Position numbers and translations under genes: made by a program. A stretch of 64,000 bases of DNA from Lytechinus variegatus (lineage: Eukaryota): the NCBI RefSeq assembly GCF_018143015.1, contig NC_054751.1:28385438-28449437 (forward strand), written 5' to 3'. Below are positions 49,425 through 61,329 of the stretch, piece by piece. Each line of letters starts with the position of its first letter. Positions within the stretch are counted from its first letter, which is position 1. Under the pieces are notes generated by a model, which worked only from the letters and a program-made list of their open reading frames with translations, was not told where the DNA came from and made no database searches.

Positions 49425-51172
49425 ACCTCTCTTATCCGGACACGTTGGGACCAGCACCAATCCGGATAAGGGATTTATCCGGATCTGGGAGACCCAATAT
49501 TAAATACACGCAGCTGCGCTGCCGGCTGCCTCCCCAGGCTACCGGCGGTAGCTACACTATTGTAGTGGGCGTACGGTAAAGATAATATTCACTGCAGAGT
49601 CAGTGCAAATTATAGGCAGTGTTTTTATGGAAATGAAATCGATCGATAGCCAAAACTCTTGGATAATTTACCTGCTAAAATGACTGAGGTATACAACCAG
49701 CATACCTCGAAAGAAAGAGAATGACTCGATGAAACCAAGTTTTAAAATTAGATCATCGCGGCGGGTATCGCAGCTACGCAATGTTATACAAATAGCGAAT
49801 AGGCATGAGTGCAATGGTGCAAGATTTCGCATGAGGTGAAAGAAAGATGCTCTATTCAACGAGGCGTTAGCCGAGTTGAATAGAGCATTTCTTTCTTTCA
49901 CCGAATGCGAAATCTCGCACCATTGCACGAATAAGAATATTCGCTATTTCTGTTGTACAACGCCTCGGAATCTAGCGAAAATATGAAAAAAGAAGGGTTT
50001 TTCCCTCCAGTAATCTATGAAAAAGGAGCAAAAATATTGAAAGCGAAAAGCAAAATCCCACAAGCGCACATGATCTTGGACAGCATTGCGCATTTAGCCA
50101 GCGGGTTGTACGCGCATTGTCATCTTATTCAATGAAATCGCATTGTGACGTCACCTCCTAAAGCCGTGCAACGGTACATTTTGGATGGTACGTCTTGTGT
50201 GCAACGGTACGAATGTGTGACATTCAGCCTTCCATTTGATCGCGTACAACAAGCTAAGTAGGCGTTGTACAATATACAAATAGCGAATAGGCATGAGTGC
50301 AATGGTGCAAGATTTCGCATGAGGTGAAAGAAAGATGCTCTATTCAACGAGGCGTTAGCCGAGTTGAATAGAGCATTTCTTTCTTTCACCGAATGCGAAA
50401 TCTCGCACCATTGCACGAATAAGAATATTCGCTATTTCTGTTGTACAACGCCTCGGAATCTAGCGAAAATATGAAAAAAGAAGGGTTTTTCCCTCCAGTA
50501 ATCTATGAAAAAGGAGCAAAAATATTGAAAGCGAAAAGCAAAATCCCACAAGCGCACATGATCTTGGACAGCATTGCGCATTTAGCCAGCGGGTTGTACG
50601 CGCATTGTCATCTTATTCAATGAAATCGCATTGTGACGTCACCTCCTAAAGCCGTGCAACGGTACATTTTGGATGGTACGTCTTGTGTGCAACGGTACGA
50701 ATGTGTGACATTCAGCCTTCCATTTGATCGCGTACAACAAGCTAAGTAGGCGTTGTACAACAGCCATTGTTACACTGACTGTAGGCTCAAACATGATAGA
50801 TGGCGCTGTCCGTATTGAGGCCTAAAGTTAGCTAGCAAGGCATGTGTTGTTTTTCCCGCGAAGCAAAAAGAGAAACGTGATGAAATGTTTGCACTGCGCC
50901 CTGATTTACTGGAAATTATCATTCCTAAAGTTCTTTTGGTGATTTGGGTGAGATATTTTCATGAAATATATGTTTGGTGTAGGGTGACTATGTTGGGAAA
51001 TATATGTAATCAAAGTGAGTTTACATATAGGATTGAGTTTAGATTGAAATCTTATTTCCTCACGTACCGGTACTAGATTAAAAAAAAAAAAAAAAAAATC
51101 TCGGCAAGTGTGCGTCCGGATAATAGAGAGATCCGGATAAGGGGAGGCCGGATAAGAGAGGTCGGACTGTAT
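49425..51172. mobile_element. TIR-bounded DNA element (TIR TACAGTCCGACCTCTCTTATCCGG) containing an exact tandem duplication of a 488-bp internal unit. Each unit carries a ~60-bp-arm hairpin
   Basis: The left end ggtacagtccgacctctcttatccgga and the right end tccggataagagaggtcggactgta are inverted. Units 49786-50273 and 50274-50761 are identical, which explains the duplicated ORFs 49668/50129 and 49953/50441. Confidence 0.8.
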
Positions 51173-52816
51173 GTATTAATGCTTGGATGATCAGGAGGTA
51201 TTCTTTTCAGTGATGTAAATTTTGATTTGCACCAAATTAAGGCATGACTGCAAAGAATGATTCCGTTTGTCGATGATGTCATTATCGTACAACAAGGGTT
51301 ACTTGCAAAATCCATTTCAAAACACCTTTTAGTACAGTAAGTTATGTTATAATTGTTTAATAACCACATTTTATTATCAATTCTCTAGTTAATTTCATTT
51401 AAAAGGGACTAGCAACTATGTTTACTAACTCATTTAGGTTTATGGAATCATTTGCATCTTGATTCATTCATCACAGTCATGCCTTAATTTGATGCAAGTC
51501 AAAATTCACATCACTGCAAAGAATACCTCCTGTGCATCCAAGCGTTAAGACATGTACCGCATAAATATGGTATCAATTTATTCAGAACATACTCTTTCCA
51601 GCCATATATAATTAATAAATATGTGTTCATGGCATGTTTTTTCCTTAAATTGGGGATTTGTGAGGTGTCATATGTTTTTTTTTATTTACTCACATGGTAG
51701 TAACTCAGAAATGCCATATGCAATATGAGATTTTACCAGTGAATATGTAGGGGCATATGTTGGAAGCTAAGCTTGTCAGTTATAGGCTCAGATAAGAAAT
51801 AGAAGATAAGATAAAGGCTATGTTTGTATAACAATTGATCAATGTAAAAAATATATTGGTAGTGAGTGACCCAATTTTAATAAATTTCATTACATCTGCT
51901 ACACACCCTTGAAGAAAGGACATTGGTGAAGGGGGAACAATATTCACTACTGAATGATACGCGCCATATAAGCTAAAACAACAACAACAATGTGCTTTTA
52001 AATGTACCTTGTAAGCATTTGGAAACCTATACAAATCGGAAGCAAGACATTCTCTTATCAAATATACACGTACACCACTGGAAAAATTGATAAGTGCTTC
52101 TACAAAATAAACAATGCTTGCAAGTTTATGCATTTTCACCACTTAACAGCAAAGTGTTTCCTTGCGAGAAACATTCAAATTACATGTAGTGATTCTAAAA
52201 CATGTACATGTAGTACTTTTTAATACCGTTCTGAATTCTCTCAGATAATCTCATGTGAGGATGTGTGTGTTTGTACATTACTTACTGTAGAAAGATACAA
52301 TCCTTTTCTTGTTTTACAGATAATGAAAATAAGCAATAATTTGAAGAGGTTAATAACATTGACAGTATTTGGTGATTACATGTATTTTTGAGCAAAAAAT
52401 AATTGTTATATCCTTGTTAAAATTGTTATAAAAATACATTTTAGTCTGTAAAACAGGAAAAAGTTATTGTTGATATTGATTTTTTTTTCATACATGTAGA
52501 AGTATGAAGTTTATATCATGTCATACTTTACTGATGATTTGTTTTTATCCACTCCCTATTTTTTCTGCTGTTCTATCTTACATCTTTCCCATTTCCCCCA
52601 CAATTCTGTTCCCTACCTGATCACCCCTACCCCCCTCTTCTCTTCTCACCCCTCCCCTCTGCCCTCCCACCCTCCTCTCCACTCAAAACTATTTTACAAA
52701 TACAGGAACAGATGTTTGATTTATTTGCACATGTCTTTTGTGGAAATAGAGGTATGTACTGTATACCTTAAGCTTCTTATGAATTCACGCTATTGTACTT
52801 GTAATTATTAGTGTGG

Positions 52817-54410
52817 TTTTTGTCTCACCTGCGAAGCAAAGTGAGACTATAGGCGCCGCTTTTCCGACGGCGGCGGCGGCGTCAACATCAAATCTTAACC
52901 TGAGGTTAAGTTTTTGAGATGACATCATAACTTAGAAAGTATATGGACCTAGTTAATAAAACTTGGCCATAAGGTTAATCAAGTATTACTGAACATCCTA
53001 TTAGAGTTTCATGTCACATGACCAAGGTCAAAGGTCATTTAGGGTCAATGAACTTAGACCATGTTGGAGGAATCAACATCGAAATCTTAACCTGAGGTTA
53101 AGTTTTTGAAATGTCATCATAACTTAAAAAATATATGGACCTAGTTCATGAAACTTGGACATAAGGTTAATCAAGTATCAATGAACATCCTGCATGAGTT
53201 TCACGTCACATGACCAAGGTCAAAGGTCATTTAGGGTCAATGAACTTTGGACGAATTGGGGATATCTGTTGAATTCCCATCATAACTTTGAAAGTTTATG
53301 GATCTGATTCATGAAACTTGGACATAATAGTAATCAAGCATCACTGAACATTTTGTGCAAGTTTCAGGTCACATGATCAAGGTCAAAGGTCATTTAGGGT
53401 CAATGAACTTTGGCCGAATTGGGGATATCTGTTGAATTCCCATCATAACTTTGAAAGTTTATGGATCTGATTCATGAAACTTGGACATAATAGTAATCAA
53501 GCATCACTGAACATTTTGTGCAAGTTTCAGGTCTCATGATTAAGGTCAAAGGTCATTTAGGGTCAATGAACTTTGGCCGAATCGGGGGTATCTGTTGAAT
53601 TACCATCATAACTTTGAAAGTTTATGGATCTGATTCATGAAACTTGGACATAATAGTAATCAAGCATCACTGAACATTTTGTGCAAGTTTCAGGTCACAT
53701 GATCAAGGTCAAAGGTCATTTAGGGTCAATGAACTTTGGCCGAATTGGGGATATCTGTTGAATTCCCATCATAACTTTGAAAGTTTATGGATCTGATTCA
53801 TGAAACTTGGACATAATAGTAATCAAGCATCACTGAACATTTTGTGCAAGTTTCAGGTCTCATGATTAAGGTCAAAGGTCATTTAGGGTCAATGAACTTT
53901 GGCCGAATTGGGGGTATCTGTTGAATTACCATCATAACTTTGAAAGTTTATTGGTCTAGTTCGTTAAACTTGGAAATTAGAGTAACCAAGTATCACTGAA
54001 CATCCTGTGCGTGTTTCAGGTCACATGTCCAAGGTCAAAGGTCAATGAACTTTAGCCGAATTGGGTGTATCTGTTGAATTACCATCATAACTTTGAAAGT
54101 TTATGGATCTGATTCATGAAACTTGTACATAAGAGTAATCAAGTATCACTGAACATCCTGTTCCAGTTTCAGGTCACATGATCAAGGTCAAAGGTCATGT
54201 AAGGTCAATGAACTTTGGCCATGTTGGGGTTTTTTGTTGAATAACCATCATATCTCTGTAAGTTTATTGGTCTAGTTCATAAAAAGAGGACATAAGAGTA
54301 ACCATGTATCACTGAACATCTTGTGCGAGTTAGAGTAGTATGCAAAGTCAGCACTGCTGCTATATTGAACCGCGTGATGCAGGTGAGACGGCCAGAGGCA
54401 TTCCACTTGT
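52817..54410 (-). mobile_element. Composite satellite-bearing element, copy 3 (reverse orientation). It is longer because it has more internal tandem units
   Basis: This is the reverse complement of the head and tail (ttgtctcacctgcgaagcaaagtgagac ... gcaggtgagacggccagaggcattccacttgtt). About 8-9 internal units of ~174 bp are visible. Confidence 0.85.
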
Positions 54411-55625
54411 TTTTTTTTAGATCCTCTGTCATTCTCGAATGACATTTTTTTTTTTCTTGAGGGGGGGTTCAAAGTCTTGGATATTTCAAATGCTATCCCA
54501 TGTTCCCATAATATCCCCATTTTACTTTCTCTTTCTGCAGTGTTTGATGATATATAATATATATATATATCACTATATTCTTAATATTCCATTTCCGTGT
54601 TAATATACTGCAATATGTTTATTTCCTTTTACATAAATTCCATGTGTTTTCGTTTAATATTGGAATTTTAGGAAGCAATTCATTTCAATTCACTTCAACT
54701 CAAATAATCATGCAATCAGAAAATTTTAATCATCCCGTGTTGCTCTTGTTTAACACATATAATAGATACATACAGACAGGGTATATTATAAAAAGTTTCT
54801 TTAAGTTACTTATTGATGACTTTAAAGAAAAAAATAGTTTTCAAGTCACTCATTGATGCTACAGGAAAAAAATTAACCCCCTCCCCCCCCAAAAAAAAAA
54901 ATTGGGGTTACTTATTGAGCTTATCAAGCTCAAATTTGTTACATTGTACATCAGTTGGACATTGGACCCTGTAAAGAATTCCAGGGGCCCTTTTGCAGTT
55001 TTCCCAAGACCCTTTTTGGGCATTTTGGGGCCAAAAAATAGCCCTGAAATCTCATGTAATTTTCTCTTTCCTGTAATGCCTTTTTATCTCAATTGTTTTA
55101 TTCTTTCTTTTAGGTTTCTCCAATGGCTTTTACAGTTTTGCTGATGATACAGACAGTGATAGCAGCACTGATTTTTCCTACAGACCTAATGCTTTTAGAG
55201 ACAACAAGTCAAGCAGAGAGAAAGGTTTTTATATGATTAATGATTACATTGACATCTGGGAACCCTGATATTATTAACTCTTTCCATGCCAAAGCTGGTA
55301 CTTATTACTACAACGGGGAGCCCTTTCGTAATGAGCCCCCCCCCAAAAAAAAAAAAAAATTAAATAAAGTTGAGGGGGCCAAACATGATGTTTTAAGCAA
55401 AATCTTTAGATACGTCATGAGCAAAGATTTGACCCTCTTAATATGATTTAAGCTAATTTTGTAATAGATTTTGATAAAATATCTATAGAACAATATAATG
55501 TTTCACCATTTTCCCTTTCCTTTTCTTTAATTATTTTTCTCTCTTGGTGGTGGATTTTTTTTTTTTTCGGGGGGGGGGGGGTGGGCATAGCCCCAAACTC
55601 TCCATCTATATGCAAATGACAGGGA

Positions 55626-55705
55626 GTCAGGGAGTGTCATGGTGTAGTGGTTCTGATGACGGCCTTTCAAACAGGCTGGTCCCTGATCAGAGCAGATTAG
55701 AGAAT
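55626..55705 (+). mobile_element. Short tRNA-like SINE head fragment
   Basis: gggagtgtcatggtgtagtggttctgatgacggcctttcaaacaggctggtccctgatcagagc. Confidence 0.45.
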
Positions 55706-56051
55706 TTAGTATTCAGTATATCAATTTTAAGTGGAGATGAATGATTGTATTATCAACAACCTCAGACTGTAAGAGCAGGTTTCTGGCCCTTTGGTCGGTC
55801 GATAATAATATGCAGACATAATTACAGCTCTGCGATAAAGAAAAAATTGATGTAACTGTTAACAATGTGGATGTTCTTCATACCCTTTTTTTTCTCTTCT
55901 TTTTTTACAGATAATTCAAGTCCACCACCTGTCACTGTAAGTTATTATTTGATCTACAGGAAGTGTCTAATGTCAATAATGAATGCTGATGGGTGTTTTT
56001 TGAGTTGTTCATAGGATATAAATAAATTTACACAGAACTGGTGACCCTTTC

Positions 56052-56381
56052 ATGTGCTATGGCCCATATTCTGAAGTCAGGTATAACTTAAACTCCGGTT
56101 TAAAGTTGTGGTTTTAGTATGGATAGCCAATTGTTACATAAATCACTTTACAGTAGAGATATCATATTTTAGCTTATTTGGCTCTCAAAACATTCATAAT
56201 TGTGTCGGAAGTATAAATAGATATTTGTCTCCACCATCGATGAATCAGGAAAGAGCACAGTAAACATAAGAAACATACAACTTAAAAAAATTGTTAAAAC
56301 ATTTGGCTCCCCATAATTTGAGCACAGAGTTAGACCATGGTCCTAGTTAAACCTGACTTCAGAATTCGGGCCTATGTGACT
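56052..56381. mobile_element. MITE family B, second copy
   Basis: ggcccatattctgaagtcaggtataacttaaactccggtttaaagttgtgg ... cctgacttcagaattcgggcc. Confidence 0.75.
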
Positions 56382-57031
56382 AATTGGCACCTAAGAATAT
56401 GTTCCAGTCGTGTGAAAAGTTATGTGTCACTTTACTAATAGCTTTATGAAACAACCACCAGGGGCCCGTAACAAAGCTTAGAAGTGATCGTAGAAAATTT
56501 GTCTGTGGTTGATTGCTTTGGCTACAATGTACAATCGTGTTACGGGAGCCAGGTACCAATTTTACAGCTAAGACTGACAGAATTTCAAGGGAAATTTCTT
56601 GTAATTGAAAAGTCACTTGTGTTGATATTTTGATAAGCGATCGACCAAATATTGTCTATTGATTGAAGTTGCAATGTCACAATATTTGGATATTTCCTCA
56701 GCTCTGGAATAGATTTTTTCTAGTTCATCAGTGTTAAGGCATGGTCACACCGCCCAAGCGTTGTTGGAGCCGTCTTGGAGCGGTAGGGAAAGAGGGCCGA
56801 ATTTCGCTCACAAAATTGGGGGAAAAATTGAAAACATAATCGAAAAAAAAAAAAAATCAAAATCGAAAATAGTGAACGGTGGCGAGCGGTGATGATCTTT
56901 TTCTCTCCGCTCCACGACCGCTCCAACAATGCTCAGGCGGTGTGACCATGCCTATATAAATGCCTATCATTATCAAGGTTTCCCTAAATCTTTCATTGGT
57001 AGGTAATTCTGATTCATTCTCATTTATACAG

Positions 57032-57268
57032 GAGGCTGAAAGGCGCCAAGCAGAGTTACGGAAAGAGGAGGAGAAACTAAAAAAACAAAAAGAAAAGCGG
57101 AGAGAGCGGAAGAAAAGAAGGAAAGCGAAGAAAAAACAGGAGAAAGAGGTTCGATATGGTGGAGGTGATAACAAGAAGAAAGGAAAGAAAGAAGTCGTTC
57201 CAGAATCTTCAGAGGAGGAGGAGGAAGAGGAAGAAGAGGAGATTATAACAAATAAAGAAAATATACAA
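57032..57268 (+). CDS. Exon encoding a Lys/Glu-rich basic stretch followed by a poly-Glu acidic stretch. It may continue the J-domain gene, since the phases are compatible
   Basis: The acceptor is catttatacag|GAGGCT and the donor is ATACAA|gtaagt, 237 nt, phase 0 at both ends. Translation is EAERRQAELRKEEEKLKKQKEKRRERKKRRKAKKKQEKEVRYGGGDNKKKGKKEVVPESSEEEEEEEEEEIITNKENIQ. Confidence 0.55.
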
Positions 57269-57315
57269 GTAAGTCCCAAGCTACAAGAATTTTTTAGGTG
57301 TCTCTTATCAATGGG

Positions 57316-57553
57316 TGCTATGTAGAGGCGTCTTGGTCAAATGGCACTGACTCTCGTCTTTCAATTTGAGGGATATGGGTTCAATTCCAAGCCATGGCGT
57401 GTTTTACTTCAGCAAGAAATTCACTCACATTGTGCTGCACTCAACCCAGGTGAGGTTAATGGATACCTTGGAGGGGAGGGGAGGGGATTAGAGATGGAGA
57501 GATATTCTATTTTGAGTAAAGAGTCAATTGTTAAAGCACATACAAACCAATAG
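57316..57553 (+). mobile_element. tRNA-derived SINE, family S1
   Basis: gaggcgtcttggtcaaatggcactgactctcgtctttcaatttgagggatatgggttcaattcc ... cttcagcaagaaattcactcacattgtgctgcactcaacccaggtgaggttaatggatacc. Confidence 0.8.
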
Positions 57554-57658
57554 TGTCATCACGAGTCCTCAACTACTCATACATGGCCAGTTTCCTGACC
57601 CATAATGCTAGTGTAGTCTAATAATATAGACCCACTTGTATGATAACATGCTAATTAT

Positions 57659-58014
57659 AGCGTCTTGGTGTAGCGGTTCTGACTCTCGCCTTGTAATCAG
57701 AGGGTCGTGTGTTCGAATCCCACCATGGCCTAGCGTCCTTTGGCAAGGCGTTAATCCACACTTTGCCACTCTCCACCCAGGTGTTAAATGGGTACCCGGT
57801 AGGATGTGAAAGCCTATATGTAGTATGCCTAGCAATTGAGTCTTGGAACTCTTGTTGGAATGCTCCCCAGGGAGTGGAGAAGGTGCATACATTGTATGCG
57901 GGCATGCAAGGATCCGATGACCGGGGTAATGATATGTCTGTAAAGCGCTTAGAGACGTTGTTTTGATGTATTAAGCGCTATATAAATGCGGAATATTATT
58001 ATTATTATTAATTA
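57659..58014 (+). mobile_element. tRNA-derived SINE, family S1, full length with (ATT)n tail
   Basis: agcgtcttggtgtagcggttctgactctcgccttgtaatcagagggtcgtgtgttcgaatccc ... gcgctatataaatgcggaatattattattattattaa. Confidence 0.8.
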
Positions 58015-60274
58015 ACTACTCAATACATTTATACCGCAATAATTATGTTACCAAGTAGCAAAACAATTACTTTTCTTCTTAAAACATTTTAGTTTCTCTA
58101 TACAAATGCAATCGTAGGTCAAATTATTCTCTGTAGTATTAGTAGATATCTAAAAACGAATATTGTAAGACTATATATTTATAACACACAGTCAATGAGC
58201 GACCACAAACTGTTCACTCCCCCTTTAAATCTGCACCTTTCTTTCTCTTAACTGTACAAATGAGCATTTGCTGCACCACCACCAGGGGGGGGGCTTAATA
58301 ACACCCTGGCAGTAATCTGCAGGCACAGACCCTGATAGAAACTATTATGATAGAAACTATTATGATAAAACAAATTGGGTCTCCTTTTAAAGACTAGCAC
58401 ATATAAAACTTGCTGTTTCAATCCATTTCAATTCATGAGCGAGAGGTCCTTGAGTACACAAGGCATTATAGGCTGCACATTCAGACCCTTAACGCGAGTG
58501 TAGGGTTTGCACAGCAGACTGCCCTTGCAGTGCTTTCTGAATTAAATGATGAATTACATGACAGGGATCAGCGATCGCAGCTGGGCATACAATACTTGGA
58601 TCTCTTCAAGAATGCATTCTCAATAGATCCTATTCTATTATAAGAGCACAAAAAGCCATTTGAGGACACATGATTTAAAGGTGCCTGGATCCATCCACAG
58701 CTTCCCTGGGATAGCAATTTGAGGAAAATGTGACATATGTGAAAGGTCCCATTGTATTGCCCATTGGAACCAGCCTTTAGAGGCACTTGGGTCAAAGGTC
58801 AGATCTAATGTTATCATGAAAACCAATCAAGGCTGTCTAAAGATAGCATTCTTCATCCTGATCTTGTTCACAGATTGTTCAGCAGACAGCCTCAGTGTAA
58901 CCTTCTCTGACTGTCTAGCCACTTCCATAACGGTTCCTCTGTTTGGCTTAAACATCCGCACATCCTGTTATTGTTGGATCTGCGGAACTGGGTTGCATTG
59001 CTTTGCATTGAAGCTCGTCATGGGGATTTCGCAATGGATTGCAGCACAAATGATCCTGTGGTTGAAGTTGCACAATCTATTCTAGAAATGCTTGACAGTG
59101 TTTGTCTGCTACACGTGTGCCTCGTAATGTTTTATGGATATAGGCGGTGCTTTTTCAGCTGTGAGCCATGTTGTGGACCAATGCTTGTCTCGCTCTGAGC
59201 GATTTGTCCGATTTTGACATTCGCATCCTCGGTGGCCGTTTCGCTCATGTGATTATGTTGAGCATATTTATTGTGTCCTGTGCTGTGGTTATGAAACTTT
59301 GGCAGATGGAATGGAAGGTTTGTATGTGCAAGATAGTTTAAGGAAATTAAAAAGTTTGTAGCTGTAGTAAACGTCACCCGTCTGAAATATAGATATAGAC
59401 AAGGATTTACCTTGATCCTTGGTATCCATAGCTGCTGATGACCGTTGCGGGTGACGACCGATGCGGATGACGACTTCTACTAGAGATCCATGTTGACTCA
59501 ACGTATAACTGTTTACCAGAGATCCTCTGAAACTGACTGCCTGAAACTACCAACCGAACAGAACTAACTTTATAAACTGAATGAACTCAGTTTTGGAGAT
59601 CGTCGCAGGGCTATTTTATAATGGTGCAGTCGCACGCATGGTCCGTCGCGGCACTGTTGAGGTCACGACCCAACGCACCATGCGTGCGCCAATAATCTCC
59701 ATACAGATTGTTGTATTTAACCAGTCTTCATTCATCTGTATTAATCAGTCTGAGACATCCCAACTTACATAAAGGTGTTTATTTTCCTTCTTTATAGCTT
59801 TTTTCAGGATTGAAAAATTTTGCTTTTCGTCTGCTAGAGAGTTCTATGTATTGCACCCTGTGCATTGCTCTATGCACTCTGGAATCCATTACCATTACCC
59901 TGCATGCAATTCTTATGCACACATACCCAATGGGATTATCACAATTCTGTGATAAGTTATTTGATATACAATATGAATTACTATTATGCAATGTACTATA
60001 CCCTGGTATAGTACATTGTTTGTTAGAAGCTACTTACTTTGCATTAGTGGGAGTTCACTGTATTCAAGAATTTCTGGGAGGGGGGAGGGGTAGGTAAGAA
60101 AGTGAAAGTGTAAAATGTCTGACAACTTGTGAAGGAGCAAAGGGATAGAATAGTCACAGGGCCTCTCTTTTTCTTGCATTCAAAACTTCAAATAGGATTT
60201 TGTGCAGTCATTTTAAAGTTTTTGATAGAAACTTGGGGCTTTATTAACTGCCCTGTATGTTTCCTCCCTTACAG

Positions 60275-60579
60275 GCAAATTCGTTAAATGGAGATTCAAC
60301 GGCAAGCTCCCCCATTGACAAGTCTTCCAAGGCCCAAGCTGTCAACGGCGAAAGATCGGCCGACGACCATTCCCAGACCAATATAAACTCACACTTTGAA
60401 AGCAATTCCAACCATCGAAAGGAGGTCCACGATGGCCATCAGCAGGGGGAAGGAGACGGGAGAGGGAGAGAAGGTGTAGTAGAAGGAGGCGGAGGCGATG
60501 GAGCCAAGCAGACGGAGGGAAGGAAAACGCAGACAAAGACCAAAAAAGCCGCAGGAAACCCCAATATACACAATCCTGG
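60275..60579 (+). CDS. Low-complexity Ser/Gly/Asp-rich coding exon of the same downstream transcript
   Basis: The acceptor cctgtatgtttcctcccttacag|GCAAAT has a strong polypyrimidine tract. The donor is CCTGG|gtaggt. The frame is open throughout (ANSLNGDSTASSPIDKSSKAQAVNGERSADDHSQ...KKAAGNPNIHNPG). The exon ends in phase 2 and joins the next exon exactly. Confidence 0.55.
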
Positions 60580-61172
60580 GTAGGTTAAGAGTTTAATGGC
60601 TCAATTTTCAGTTGCCAGCATTGGATCCTGGATTTTGAAAAAAGAGGGGGCACAAATGACAAATTTCTTAGATTTAGCTATATTAATATGAATGTTTAAT
60701 GGGCAATTTTGAAAAATATAGAGGGGGCATGCACTTTGACCCCCGCCTGTATATGCCACTGAGTTGTATATGTACATAGAGGTTAGGATGCAGCAGGGAC
60801 AGAGAGAGAGAGAGAAGTTGCAGGGACTGCATGAAAATTTAGATTGCCTTATTTTCTTGCAACATTTGATTTGGTCGACATTTCTTGGAACAAATGTAAG
60901 GTTGTTGTTTCGGCCATGCATGTGCACCTTGGAGACGTACCAAGTCTTGCGCTTGAGGTGAGAGACCCCCTCCTTTGGAACTCTTGCTCTACCCCCCCCC
61001 TCTTTCAAATCTCCTCACACCTATATCATGGCCTTTTATCATATTCATTGTACAAAATGCCTATGATCTCACGTGGAGTCACAGAAAATCTCAGGCATAG
61101 CAGCTGGTCCTTGCTCTTGCTCTTGCATCTCCTTATCTTGTAACTTTAATTTCCGCTTGTTCTTGTCTCCAG

Positions 61173-61329
61173 GATGTCGGATTCAGAAAGCGATGAAGAA
61201 ACCCAAGGTCTAGATATGAACAGTGCCTTTTTTGCCCGAGCTGCCAGCGGCGTAGCCAAAAAACAGACCCCTGCCCCTGCTTCAAAGACCAAAAAGAAAG
61301 GGAAAGGAAGAAAAGAAGAATCTGAATCG
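61173..61329 (+). CDS. Acidic/basic coding exon. Its ATG at 61174 could be a start codon if this is a separate gene
   Basis: The acceptor is tcttgtctccag|G. Translation is (G)MSDSESDEETQGLDMNSAFFARAASGVAKKQTPAPASKTKKKGKGRKEESES. The donor is TCG|gtaagt. The junction with the previous exon is GG+G, giving Gly. Confidence 0.55.

Noticed and set aside
49668-50623. Two pairs of identical small ORFs (86/95 aa on the minus strand, 60 aa on the plus strand)
   Set aside because: They are products of the exact 488-bp tandem duplication inside a transposon. They span a long palindrome and are not credible genes
55911-55936. 26-nt micro-exon candidate (cag|ATAATTCAAGTCCACCACCTGTCACT|gtaagt)
   Set aside because: It has good splice consensus on both sides, but its length breaks the reading frame between the J-domain exons and the 57032 exon. 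It may be a decoy, or a non-coding or alternative exon
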